DNA from: Rubripirellula sp.
GTDB taxonomy: Bacteria; Planctomycetota; Planctomycetia; Pirellulales; Pirellulaceae
Reading direction: 5' to 3'
NCBI GenBank assembly: GCA_965216875.1
Contig: OZ244207.1
Location: 6,016,001-6,080,000 of the forward strand
DNA: 64,000 bases
Part shown: positions 30,870-40,299 of the stretch, piece by piece
Layout of the letters: each line of letters opens with the position of its first letter
How positions within the stretch are numbered: position 1 is the stretch's first letter
Program-made: the position numbers and the translations under genes
The notes under the pieces: model-generated
Told to the model about the DNA's origin: nothing
The model's database searches: none
The model's input: only the letters and a program-made list of their open reading frames with translations

Positions 30870-33107
30870 ATGACCACTCTTGCCGAATCACTCGTTAGCA
30901 GCTCATCAAGGCCGCTGACGGTGCGCAAGCGTCCCGACCTGTCGGCCAACCGACAGCGTTATCAGGGGACCGGTTATTGGGTCGTCAAGGAACCGGTTGG
31001 TCTGCAGTACTATCGTTTTCACGACGAAGAGTACTACATCTTGAACATGCTGGACGGGCACGTCAGCCTGCAGCAGATCAAGGATGGCTTCGAACAGCGT
31101 TTCGCGCCTCAAAAAATCACCTTTGGCGACTTGCAACAGTTCATCGGGATGCTGCACCGCAGCGGTCTGGTGATCAGTAATTCACCAGGTCAAGGCAAAG
31201 CGCTTCGCGAACGCGGTCGCAAGAAACGCAACAAAGAAACGCTCGGCAAGTTTGCCAACGTCTTTGCACTGCGTTATCGCGGGTTTGACCCCGAAAAGAT
31301 TCTCAACGCGATCCTGCCGTGGTTCGGATGGTTGTTTACCGTCCCCGCTTTGATCGGCGCAGTCTTGCTGTTCCTGTCAGCATCGCTGTTGCTCGCGACC
31401 CAATACGAGACCGTTTACACGCGTCTGCCTACCTTCCAGCAGTTCTTTGCTGCTGACCGCTGGTTGATCCTTGCGGTCACGATGGCGCTGGTGAAGGTGA
31501 TCCACGAATTCGGTCACGGCCTGAGCTGTAAAAAGTTTGGCGGCGAGTGTCACGAAATCGGCTTCATGCTGCTGGTCTTTACACCCTGTTTGTATTGCAA
31601 CGTTTCCGACTCGTGGATGTTGCCCAACAAGTGGAAAAGGGTATGGATCGGTGCAGCCGGTATCTATGTCGAAATGATCTTGGCGTCGATCGCCGCTTTT
31701 GTTTGGTGGTTTACCGAACAGGGAACGACGATCAATGACCTTTGCTTGAACATGATGTTCTTGAACGCCGTCAGTACCGTTCTCGTCAACGGTAACCCGC
31801 TGCTGCGATTCGACGGTTACTACATCTTGATGGACCTGCTCGAGATCCCGAACCTTCGCCAAAAGAGCACGCAGGTGCTGACGCGATGGTTCCAAAGCAC
31901 TTGCTTGGGTTTGGAACTTCAAGAGGACCCGTTTCTTCCCACTCGTGGAAGATTCATGTTCGGGATGTTTACCGTCGCCAGCGTGATCTATCGCTGGGTC
32001 GTGGTTTTCTCGATCTGCTGGTTCGTGATCAAAGTCCTCGAACCTTATGGACTGCAAGCCGTCGGTCGCATGGTCGCCGTGATCGGTTTCGCAGGCCTCG
32101 TTGCTCAACCCTTCATCAAAACTTGGAAATTCTGTCGTACTCCTGGGAGGTTGTCCAAAGTGAAACGCACTCCCCTGTTGATCACGATCAGCGTCGTTGG
32201 CGCTGTCATCGCAGGCGTTTGCTACATCCCGTTGCCTCACCACGTTGATTGTGCCTTCGAGATTCGTCCCAATCAGGCAGGCGTGGTGTACGCCGGTTCG
32301 CCTGGTCGCATTGAGTGGACGGTTTCGCCAGGCGACAAAGTCGAGGTAAACGACAAGATCGCTGTTCTTCGTAACCCTGATCTTGAAATTCGCCTCGCTG
32401 AACTCAAGGGCGAAGAACTGGTTGCAAAAGTCAAGCTCGAGAACATGTCGTTCCGCAGCCGCGAAGATGTCGCCCTGAAAGCTCAAATCGAAACTCAAAC
32501 GGAATTGCTGGAATCGATTCAGTCGATGTTGGCAAAAACCGAAGATGAAATCGATCGGCTGACCGTTCGCACCAAGCGAGCCGGTTGGGTCATCCCGCCT
32601 CCGTCACGTGCTCCGCAAGACCAGAACGATGGACGCTTGCCAGGTTGGACCGGCACGCCGCTGCACGAAAAGAACCGCGGCGCGACGCTCACTTCCGACG
32701 ACGTGATTTGCGAAATCGGCGCATCCAATACTTGTGAAGCGGTTCTGATCATCGAACAAAGCGATGTTCAACTGGTCCGCGAAGGACAAGAAGTCGATAT
32801 GAAGCTTGATTCGCGCCGCCTCGAAACCTTTCACGGTTCGATCAGTGAAAAATCAAACGAACCAATCGAATCGATGTCGATGTCGATGGCAAGCCAAACC
32901 GGCGGTGCCATGCAAACTGAAATTGATCCGACAACCGGACAGGTAAAACCACGGAACGTCTCGTACCAAGCGCGCGTCCCACTAGAGCCGTTGGAGCTTC
33001 CGCTTCGCCCCGGTTACCGCGGTGCCGCAAAGATTCATGTTGACCCCATGTCACTCGGCCAACGCTTATGGCGACTAATCACCAAGACCTTTGCCTTTGA
33101 GTTTTAG
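30870..33107 (+). CDS. PqqD/RRE-like + M50 (site-2) metallopeptidase + HlyD fusion
   Basis: YWVVKEP..YYRF..MLDG..LHRSGL winged-helix module; HEFGH and NGNPLLRFDGYY zinc ligands; C-terminal adaptor ending LRPGYRGAAKI. Confidence 0.9.
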   Translation: MTTLAESLVSSSSRPLTVRKRPDLSANRQRYQGTGYWVVKEPVGLQYYRFHDEEYYILNMLDGHVSLQQIKDGFEQRFAPQKITFGDLQQFIGMLHRSGLVISNSPGQGKALRERGRKKRNKETLGKFANVFALRYRGFDPEKILNAILPWFGWLFTVPALIGAVLLFLSASLLLATQYETVYTRLPTFQQFFAADRWLILAVTMALVKVIHEFGHGLSCKKFGGECHEIGFMLLVFTPCLYCNVSDSWMLPNKWKRVWIGAAGIYVEMILASIAAFVWWFTEQGTTINDLCLNMMFLNAVSTVLVNGNPLLRFDGYYILMDLLEIPNLRQKSTQVLTRWFQSTCLGLELQEDPFLPTRGRFMFGMFTVASVIYRWVVVFSICWFVIKVLEPYGLQAVGRMVAVIGFAGLVAQPFIKTWKFCRTPGRLSKVKRTPLLITISVVGAVIAGVCYIPLPHHVDCAFEIRPNQAGVVYAGSPGRIEWTVSPGDKVEVNDKIAVLRNPDLEIRLAELKGEELVAKVKLENMSFRSREDVALKAQIETQTELLESIQSMLAKTEDEIDRLTVRTKRAGWVIPPPSRAPQDQNDGRLPGWTGTPLHEKNRGATLTSDDVICEIGASNTCEAVLIIEQSDVQLVREGQEVDMKLDSRRLETFHGSISEKSNEPIESMSMSMASQTGGAMQTEIDPTTGQVKPRNVSYQARVPLEPLELPLRPGYRGAAKIHVDPMSLGQRLWRLITKTFAFEF

Positions 33108-33331
33108 CCAACCAGCCTACGCATCTCACGTGGCTTAACTAACTACCCGTATTTTGACACCAAACCATTGCCCAGTCGCGTTGCAGCGATACCGCCGTTC
33201 GGTACGATAAGAAGCGCGTCTTGGCGATTCCAAAAGTGGAGTAACTGTGTGCGAGGTGGGCAGCACCTTCATGACGACTTCAACGCCCGCAACATCGTTT
33301 CCCCTGCTTGCTAACGACGGACACAGACAAC

Positions 33332-33348
33332 CTGTTAAGCGTTAACAG
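33332..33348. promoter_or_regulatory. Perfect 7-3-7 palindrome upstream of the DUF3467-like gene
   Basis: CTGTTAA-GCG-TTAACAG. Confidence 0.4.
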
Positions 33349-33396
33349 CAAAACGTTTCGAAAACACTTTCAACCCTTTCTTCGGAGATCCCACTC

Positions 33397-33819
33397 ATGG
33401 CAGACACCAACGACGACAAGCCTCAAGCAGCCGCCGCACCCGCAGCAGCCGAGCAAGCTCAAACCCAACAACCTGTTCAAGTACAAGTTGAAGATGATCA
33501 CGCCGTAGCGACCTACGCGAACTTCTGTCGCGTTACCGGTTCGCCCGAAGAGTTGATCGTCGACTTTGGTTTGAACCCACAACCCATCGGTGTTCCTAAG
33601 GATCCAATCCAAGTCAAGCAACGCATCATCGTTAACTTCTACACTGCAAAGCGTTTGCTCGCTGCATTGCAAATGTCGGTTGCACGTCATGAGTCGGTGT
33701 TCGGCGTTTTGGAAACCGACATCAACAAACGCGTTCGTCCAGGTCTTGGCCAACCACAAGGCGCTGCACCACAACGCGCTCCTGCTGCTCCACCAGCGGC
33801 AGAAGCCAGCGAAGGCTAA
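33397..33819 (+). CDS. DUF3467-like protein
   Basis: YANFCRVTGSPEELIVDFG..RIIVNFYTAKRLLAAL..HESVFG; GGAG upstream. Confidence 0.85.
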   Translation: MADTNDDKPQAAAAPAAAEQAQTQQPVQVQVEDDHAVATYANFCRVTGSPEELIVDFGLNPQPIGVPKDPIQVKQRIIVNFYTAKRLLAALQMSVARHESVFGVLETDINKRVRPGLGQPQGAAPQRAPAAPPAAEASEG

Positions 33820-33860
33820 TCGCATTCGATCCTCCGGATCGACAAGTTCATGCAACAAGA

Positions 33861-33891
33861 GGCCGTGTCCACATAGGACGCGGCCTTTTTT
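33861..33891 (+). terminator. Rho-independent terminator
   Basis: GGCCGTGTCC-ACATA-GGACGCGGCC-TTTTTT. Confidence 0.85.
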
Positions 33892-33903
33892 CGTCCTCTT
33901 GGC

Positions 33904-33983
33904 CTGAGCCGTACGCGCTAACGTCGGGCCCCTCCAAGAGACGTAGGACGAGTGCAAGGCCCGACGCTAGCGCGTTCGGCTCA
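33904..33983. repeat. Complete REP-like hairpin (TGAGCCG family)
   Basis: TGAGCCGTACGCGCTAACGTCGGGCC..GGCCCGACGCTAGCGCGTTCGGCTCA; the loop resembles that at 340-402. Confidence 0.9.
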
Positions 33984-34067
33984 CAGGCGAATAGCGAGTG
34001 CCTTGGTCCAGCATGGTTAGAATGAACGTGCCCTTTTCGCTTCACTTTTCCACCTGCGAGTAACACC

Positions 34068-35699
34068 GTGCGAACGACTCTCTTGTTGCTGCTTGCGTTT
34101 GCAATCTTGATTGGCGACCGATCGGCAGCGGCAGACCGCGATGACATCGTCGCGGTCCATTGGCCGAAAAGCGCCGAGTGGCTCTCCAAGAAAGTCATGC
34201 TCAATTGCGACACACTCAGTCAGTTTGTGGACGAGATTACTCAACAAACCGGCGCTACGATCATTGTCGACGAGTCCGGTCTTGATGAGATAGGCGTATC
34301 ACTCGACACCCGTTTTCAGATCCGCGTGCCGCGCAATATCACTGTCGACGAAGCCTTTGCGCGACTCCTCAGCCAACTCGATGTGACGTACCAGCTTCAA
34401 GCAACCCAGATACGCATCGCGTCGATCGATGATTTGGAATACGAAGGTCGGCAACAAACCTATCGGGTTCGTCCTCTGCTGAGCGTTCTTGAAACCGATC
34501 GCTTCGATCAGATGGATCGCGACAGTCTGATCATGTTGATCGAGACGACGATCGCTCCCGACACGTGGGAGTCTTTAGGTGGCCCTTCCACGACCATCGC
34601 GCATCAAGACATGATCACCGTCTCGACCAGCGACACTGTGCATGTGGACATCCTGCGACTCCTTCAGACTTTGGCACAAGCTCGAATGCTAACCGCTGCC
34701 GAAGCTCGCCAATCGCCAATGTTGCCAATCGATCAAGTCGACTTTGACCATAGCGTGACGCTGGAGGACTTAGAAGCCAAGATCCAACTGAACTTTCCAG
34801 AGGATCCCGACAAGGTGCCACTCCAACGACTGGTCGAACAACTCAACCAGCAAACGCAGCTGCACTTTGAGATCAACAGCCGTAGCCTTGACGAGAGTGG
34901 GCTGCCGAGTGACCAGCCGGTCAAAGTGATCAAACACGCGACATCGATCAGCGACTTGCTTACCGAAACGCTCCGCGACCTCGATGCTACTTATCGGTGT
35001 TATGGCAGCACCGTCTTCATCGAGACGCTTGACTCAAGCGAAACCAACCAGCAAACGGTTGTGTACCCGATCGCCGACTTGGTCGCCCGTTCCGTGTCCA
35101 AGGAAGCGCCTCATCTGTCGATCACTCCCTTCCTTGGCCGAGCCAATGGAACTTACTCTGGCGGCCATTCGTTTTCGGGAAGCGACCAATGGCGATTCAA
35201 AGTCTTACGGGGCGTCGAGACACCTCATAATACGGTGCATCCAGACGACTTGACCGAACTGATTCAAAGAACGGTCTCATCTGAATCGTGGGAAATGTTG
35301 GGTGGCCCAGCAACGATGGCTTACTTTGCACCAGCATCTTCACTTGTCGTCTCAGCAATTGACGAAAATCACGCCAAGATCCGAAAGCTTCTGCAAGACG
35401 TACGCAAAGGCCGGACGCTCGGCGGACAAGTCGGTGCGCCGATCGACATCGGTTCGGAATTCGCCACCGTCGCCTTCAACCTGAAAGCGAATACAAAAGA
35501 GCTTGCCGACCCAGTGGACCTGATTCGCAAGAACGTCGAGCCAAGGATGTGGGAACAACCTGAGGCATCAATTCAGCTCAACGGGAACTTGCTCATCGTG
35601 CGCAATCGCATCTCGATCATCGGCAAAACACTCGACATGCTCGAGCGACTGCAATTGCTCCAACCGCCAACCCAACAACTGCCCGGCGGTATGTTTTGA
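34068..35699 (+). CDS. Exported protein with repeated STN/secretin-N-like modules
   Basis: Signal peptide; two copies of the module (IVDESGLDEIG..IAPDTWESLGG; INSRSLDESG..VSSESWEMLGG); ends GGMF. Confidence 0.75.
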   Translation: MRTTLLLLLAFAILIGDRSAAADRDDIVAVHWPKSAEWLSKKVMLNCDTLSQFVDEITQQTGATIIVDESGLDEIGVSLDTRFQIRVPRNITVDEAFARLLSQLDVTYQLQATQIRIASIDDLEYEGRQQTYRVRPLLSVLETDRFDQMDRDSLIMLIETTIAPDTWESLGGPSTTIAHQDMITVSTSDTVHVDILRLLQTLAQARMLTAAEARQSPMLPIDQVDFDHSVTLEDLEAKIQLNFPEDPDKVPLQRLVEQLNQQTQLHFEINSRSLDESGLPSDQPVKVIKHATSISDLLTETLRDLDATYRCYGSTVFIETLDSSETNQQTVVYPIADLVARSVSKEAPHLSITPFLGRANGTYSGGHSFSGSDQWRFKVLRGVETPHNTVHPDDLTELIQRTVSSESWEMLGGPATMAYFAPASSLVVSAIDENHAKIRKLLQDVRKGRTLGGQVGAPIDIGSEFATVAFNLKANTKELADPVDLIRKNVEPRMWEQPEASIQLNGNLLIVRNRISIIGKTLDMLERLQLLQPPTQQLPGGMF

Positions 35700-35722
35700 A
35701 GCTGAATCAACAAAAATCATCC

Positions 35723-35762
35723 GTAGGCCGGATCAAGGAGCGACAGCGACACAGATCCGGCA
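35723..35762 (+). repeat. GTAG-type REP, copy 1
   Basis: GTAGGCCGGATCAAGGAGCGACAGCGACACAGATCCGGCA. Confidence 0.9.
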
Positions 35763-35825
35763 ACAAACCTCGCCACCGGAAAGCGTGACTTCCCGCGGAG
35801 CTAATCAAAACGTTCGGCAGGAGCC

Positions 35826-37208
35826 TCACGCTCCCGAAAGCGTTTCTTTCCAACGGTCGATTTGAGCTCGGACTTGTTTGGGTGCGGTCGATCCGTAGCT
35901 GACGAACGCTTCGACCGCATTCTTGCTGCCAAGGCATTCGTAGATCGAGTCGTCAATCTCCTCGGCGTGTTGTTGCATCACATCGAGTGGCAACTCAGAC
36001 AACGGCACATCTCGTTGCATCGCTTCGCCAACAATCGCACCGACCAAGTGATGGGCACGCCGCTGGGGCATTCCCTTTTTGATCATCCATTCCATCAAGG
36101 TGGTCGCATCAAGGTAACCGCGTTCCAAACGACTGGCGATCGAGTCGCGTTGCAACTCGCTTCCCTCGACGATGGGTGCGGCCAATTCCAACATCGCCAG
36201 CACGGTATCAAACGAATCAAACAGCGGCGGCTTGTCTTCTTGTAGATCACGGTTGTAGGCGAGCGGCAAGTTTTTGACCAACAACATCAACGTTTGCAGG
36301 TTGCCCATCACTCGAGCCGACTTGCCGCGTGTGAGTTCGAGCGTATCGGGATTCACCTTTTGCGGCATGATGCTGCTGCCGGTACAGAAAGCATGCGGCA
36401 TTTTGATGAAGTTGAACTCGACCGTACTCCAAAGAATCCACTCCTCTGCCCAGCCGCTCAAGTGCGACGCGATCACGGAAAGGACGAATGCACTTTCCAT
36501 CATGAAGTCGCGATCACTGCTGGTGTCGAGGCTGTTGGCGGTCATACCATCGAACTCAAGCGCCTTTGCCGTTTGCTCGCGATCGATCGGCAGTGTCGTT
36601 CCAGCGACGGCGGCGACGCCGAGACTGCATTGATTGACCCGTCGTCGGCAATCGGCGATACGCTGGCGGTCTCGATCAAATTTCTCGATGTACGCGAGCC
36701 AATAGTGAGGGGCCAGAACGGGCTGGGCGCGTTGCAGGTGCGTGTATGCGGGAAGGATGACATCGAAGTCACCATCGCAGCGACCGAGAAACGCCTTTTG
36801 CAGGTCAAGCAACCGCGCGTCGACTTGATCAAGAGCTTCGCGGACCCACATCCGCACATCCGTACTGACTTGGTCATTGCGGCTTCGCGCGGTGTGCAAT
36901 TTGCGGCCAACGTCACCGATGCGATCGATCAATGCCTGCTCGACGTGCATATGGATGTCTTCGAGTTCCAGACGCAAAGGCAGCTTGTCCTCGTCGAGCT
37001 CTTTTTCGATTTCTCGCAAAGTGTCGCGGATCAATTCGAATTCGTCGGCAGTGATCAAGCCGACGTTAGACAGCATTTCGGCGTGAGCAATCGAACCACG
37101 AATATCCTGGCGATAAAGCCGCCGATCGAAGCTGATGCTCTCGGCAAAGGCTTCCAAACGCTCGTCGGTACTGGCGTGAAACACACCGCTGCGGGAGGGG
37201 CTATTCAC
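35826..37208 (-). CDS. argH: Argininosuccinate lyase
   Basis: EDIHM, LHTARSRNDQV, YTHLQRAQP, GSSIMPQKVNPD, YNRDLQEDK; GTG start at 37208 inferred. Confidence 0.97.
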   Translation of the reverse strand: MNSPSRSGVFHASTDERLEAFAESISFDRRLYRQDIRGSIAHAEMLSNVGLITADEFELIRDTLREIEKELDEDKLPLRLELEDIHMHVEQALIDRIGDVGRKLHTARSRNDQVSTDVRMWVREALDQVDARLLDLQKAFLGRCDGDFDVILPAYTHLQRAQPVLAPHYWLAYIEKFDRDRQRIADCRRRVNQCSLGVAAVAGTTLPIDREQTAKALEFDGMTANSLDTSSDRDFMMESAFVLSVIASHLSGWAEEWILWSTVEFNFIKMPHAFCTGSSIMPQKVNPDTLELTRGKSARVMGNLQTLMLLVKNLPLAYNRDLQEDKPPLFDSFDTVLAMLELAAPIVEGSELQRDSIASRLERGYLDATTLMEWMIKKGMPQRRAHHLVGAIVGEAMQRDVPLSELPLDVMQQHAEEIDDSIYECLGSKNAVEAFVSYGSTAPKQVRAQIDRWKETLSGA

Positions 37209-37323
37209 TGTTTGACTATCCCAATTGTGACTGGCTCTCAATAATGCGTCCGGCGGCTATTATCCTTGCAAGGGGCGAGATGACGACCCCGGATCCCACT
37301 CGAATTAAGAAGCACTTCCAACG

Positions 37324-40020
37324 ATGCCCATTCGACTGTTGTTGATTGCCCTCATGAGCCTGACGGTGGCGACCGCCGCCTCGGCCGTGGACGTGTTTGT
37401 GACCGCAACCACGGGCCAACCGTACGGGATCGCTTCGATCGAAATCCCGATCGATCGCCCCGTGCTCGGAAAGCAACTCCCGCCGATCGAAGTGACCGAG
37501 GAATCGGGCCGAGTCCTCTACCCCATCTCGGCTGATGTCCGCCAAAAGGTTTCGCGAGTCTCTTCGCGGCCGGTTCCGCAACCAGGTCGCGGACGATTGC
37601 TCGGACGAGTTGGCAACCTGATTCGGGAAATCACCGGCGGCGAAGAGGCGATGGAGCAGACGCTATCGCGACGCGTCTTCTTTTTGGTTCGTGGTAACGC
37701 GCCGGTCCGCGTGCAACTTGGCGATGCTTCCGGACCGATCGGCCAGTACGAAATCCAATTGACCAACGACGCTGCCGCGCGACAGAAGTTGATGAATGAG
37801 TGGTGGTCGTCCTATACCGCCGCGGCGCATCGACAAGCGGAAGCCGCAAAGTACCCGACCGTGGTCGAGTCCTATCTGGTTGCGATGCTTTCTGGACGAA
37901 CCGGCATGCCACTTCCGGATTGGTTCACAAGCACAGACGACGAAGACGACGCGTTGGTCGATACGCTCAAGTTGATCGGTGGTGCGCAAGGCGTCTCGGA
38001 CTCGATGTTTCGTCGCGCTGCTGCTGGGCACATCCATAACGAACAAGCGAACTTGCCGCTGCCTGCGGCGCCCAATTGGGCACCGATGTTTGAGGCAGAC
38101 AACCTGGACGACGTCGCCGTCGAACCGCTTGCCAAAGCCGTTCCGCCTGAGTGCTTTTACATTCGCTATGGCTCGTTTGCGAATTACATGTGGTTCCGCG
38201 ATCTCTCGCAAGACTACGGCGGAGACATATCGCGGATGGTCACGCTCAATGGCATCGCCGACGATTCCGCTGGTCGAATCGAGCGTCAACTCAACCTCAA
38301 AACGACCGAACTTTCGCGCATGCTTGGCGGCACGGTGATCGAAGATCAAGCGTTGATCGGACGCGATCTGTTCATGTCCGATGGCGCTTCGATGGGTGTG
38401 GCGATCCAAGCCAAGAACGTTTTCCTATTGCGAACTTCGCTAACGGCCGACCGCACCAAGCGCGCCGCGAGCGATGAATCGATCACGCTCAAAGACATCA
38501 CCATCGCGGGAAAGCCAGTCAGCTTCCTGAGCAGCCCCGACAATCGTGTTCGTTCCTACATGGCCGAACATGGCTCCGTCATTCTGGTCACCAACAGCAA
38601 AACGATCGTCGAGCGATTCTTTGCCGTCGCCGAAGGCGCGCCGTCGCTGGCCGACACCGCGTCGTTTCGTTTGTCGCGTCAACTCATGCCTCTGGAGCGA
38701 CAAGATTCGATCTTCGTTTACCTTTCACCAGCGATGCTGCGTGGCTTGGTGAGCCCCGAGTACTTGATTGAATTGCGTCGCCGATTGGTTGCCAAATCGG
38801 ACATCACCCTCGTCCATTTGGCGCGGCTCGCCGCTGCCGCGGAAGGGAATCGCGAGACGGGCATCGACCAATTAGCGGGACTCGGATTCCTGCCTGATGG
38901 CTTCGGTCGCCGGGCGGACGGTTCAGGTGTGATTTCCGTCGACGACACCGAAGTGATCGACACCATGCGCGGCGTGCGCGGAACGTTTCTGCCCATTGCG
39001 GATGCGAAAATCACTTCGGTGACTCAAGAAGAATCGAGTTGGTACCAGCGGGTTGCGGCTCACTACAGCAACGAGTTTCGCACGATCGACCCGATCATGA
39101 TTGGCGTGCAACGAGAAGAGATTGAAGGAACCGAGAACGTTGAACGCGTGACGATCCATGCCGAGATCGCACCCTGGGAACCTGAAAAGTACGGGTCGCT
39201 CGCCAAGCAGCTTGGACCGCCAACCAACGTGGCTTTGAAATTTGCTCCCGACGACATCATCGCCGTCCAAGCACACGTCGCCTCGGATCAACTCGGACCT
39301 CCGACACACTTGTTCGCGGCCGTGAAAGACAGCGTGCCACCCCGACCGGAAGACTTTGACGGCATCCTGAATATCTACCGGTCGCTTCAGGAGATACCGG
39401 GTTACCTGGGTGCCTGGCCCCAGCCGGGTGCACTCGACCGGCTTCCCTTGGGACTTGGCCGCGGTACACCGGTGGGCCCAAACATGAACCGCTTGATCGG
39501 CGGACTGTACCGCTACACGGCGGGAGGCTACAGCATCTTGTCGTTCCAACCGGACATCCTGCAGGCAAGTATCCCCCACATTTCGGCGATCAATGTCGAA
39601 GACAAAGCTCAGGTTCGATTGCATGTCGGCAACTTCTACGGCAGCCGCATCGAAGGTTGGGTCAATGGCCAACTCTACAAGCTGACCAGCGAAGGAAGCG
39701 GTGCTGGCGCCAATTACATGGGAATGCTGACTCGACAACTCAAAGTTGCCCCCGAGGACGTTCATGCGGCAGCGACCCGTATTCTGGGCACACCCATCCA
39801 ATGCACGCTCGGGGGGCAATACGAGTACTCTCCCTCAACGCACCAGTGGGTCAGTACGGCGTGGACGGCTTCGGCGTCAAGTCAGGGTGCACAGTTGACC
39901 GAAACGCCTCCGCCCGGGTACGTTTCGCCGGCGTTGAAGTGGTTCCGCGGAACCGACGCCACGTTGACCCAGTTCGATGACCGCCTTGTTGCCGATGCGG
40001 TGATCGACATTCAGCGGTAA
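37324..40020 (+). CDS. Large secreted hypothetical protein
   Basis: 898-aa ORF with a signal peptide (ASA-VD); no catalytic motif recognised. Confidence 0.85.
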   Translation: MPIRLLLIALMSLTVATAASAVDVFVTATTGQPYGIASIEIPIDRPVLGKQLPPIEVTEESGRVLYPISADVRQKVSRVSSRPVPQPGRGRLLGRVGNLIREITGGEEAMEQTLSRRVFFLVRGNAPVRVQLGDASGPIGQYEIQLTNDAAARQKLMNEWWSSYTAAAHRQAEAAKYPTVVESYLVAMLSGRTGMPLPDWFTSTDDEDDALVDTLKLIGGAQGVSDSMFRRAAAGHIHNEQANLPLPAAPNWAPMFEADNLDDVAVEPLAKAVPPECFYIRYGSFANYMWFRDLSQDYGGDISRMVTLNGIADDSAGRIERQLNLKTTELSRMLGGTVIEDQALIGRDLFMSDGASMGVAIQAKNVFLLRTSLTADRTKRAASDESITLKDITIAGKPVSFLSSPDNRVRSYMAEHGSVILVTNSKTIVERFFAVAEGAPSLADTASFRLSRQLMPLERQDSIFVYLSPAMLRGLVSPEYLIELRRRLVAKSDITLVHLARLAAAAEGNRETGIDQLAGLGFLPDGFGRRADGSGVISVDDTEVIDTMRGVRGTFLPIADAKITSVTQEESSWYQRVAAHYSNEFRTIDPIMIGVQREEIEGTENVERVTIHAEIAPWEPEKYGSLAKQLGPPTNVALKFAPDDIIAVQAHVASDQLGPPTHLFAAVKDSVPPRPEDFDGILNIYRSLQEIPGYLGAWPQPGALDRLPLGLGRGTPVGPNMNRLIGGLYRYTAGGYSILSFQPDILQASIPHISAINVEDKAQVRLHVGNFYGSRIEGWVNGQLYKLTSEGSGAGANYMGMLTRQLKVAPEDVHAAATRILGTPIQCTLGGQYEYSPSTHQWVSTAWTASASSQGAQLTETPPPGYVSPALKWFRGTDATLTQFDDRLVADAVIDIQR

Positions 40021-40299
40021 AGCCGAGACTTTTTTACAAGAACATTTTGCGTGCCTTATCGCGACCTTGTTTGGGGTTCGGTTTCTTTAGGCGCGATTAG
40101 AGGCGGTTGATTTCTCACTGTCGCCTCTTTGGGCAAATGCGCCCCCGTACATGGTGGTCCGACGACATCCAGTTCGCGTTGACGCACTCTGGGGGCGAAG
40201 TATAGTCCGAACCTCTACTTGGTCGTTTTCTCTGGCGACCAACGACGGAATCGCGGCCAAAGTTTGGCGGGCATTCCGCTCCCTCCATATCCAACACCC

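Noticed and set aside
36294..37244. 316-aa ORF opposite argH, and similar long antisense ORFs (12853-13800, 28475-29509, 29901-30815, 31377-32498, 38923-39819)
   Set aside because: Each overlaps a clearly identifiable gene on the other strand; stop-poor antisense frames are common in GC-rich DNA
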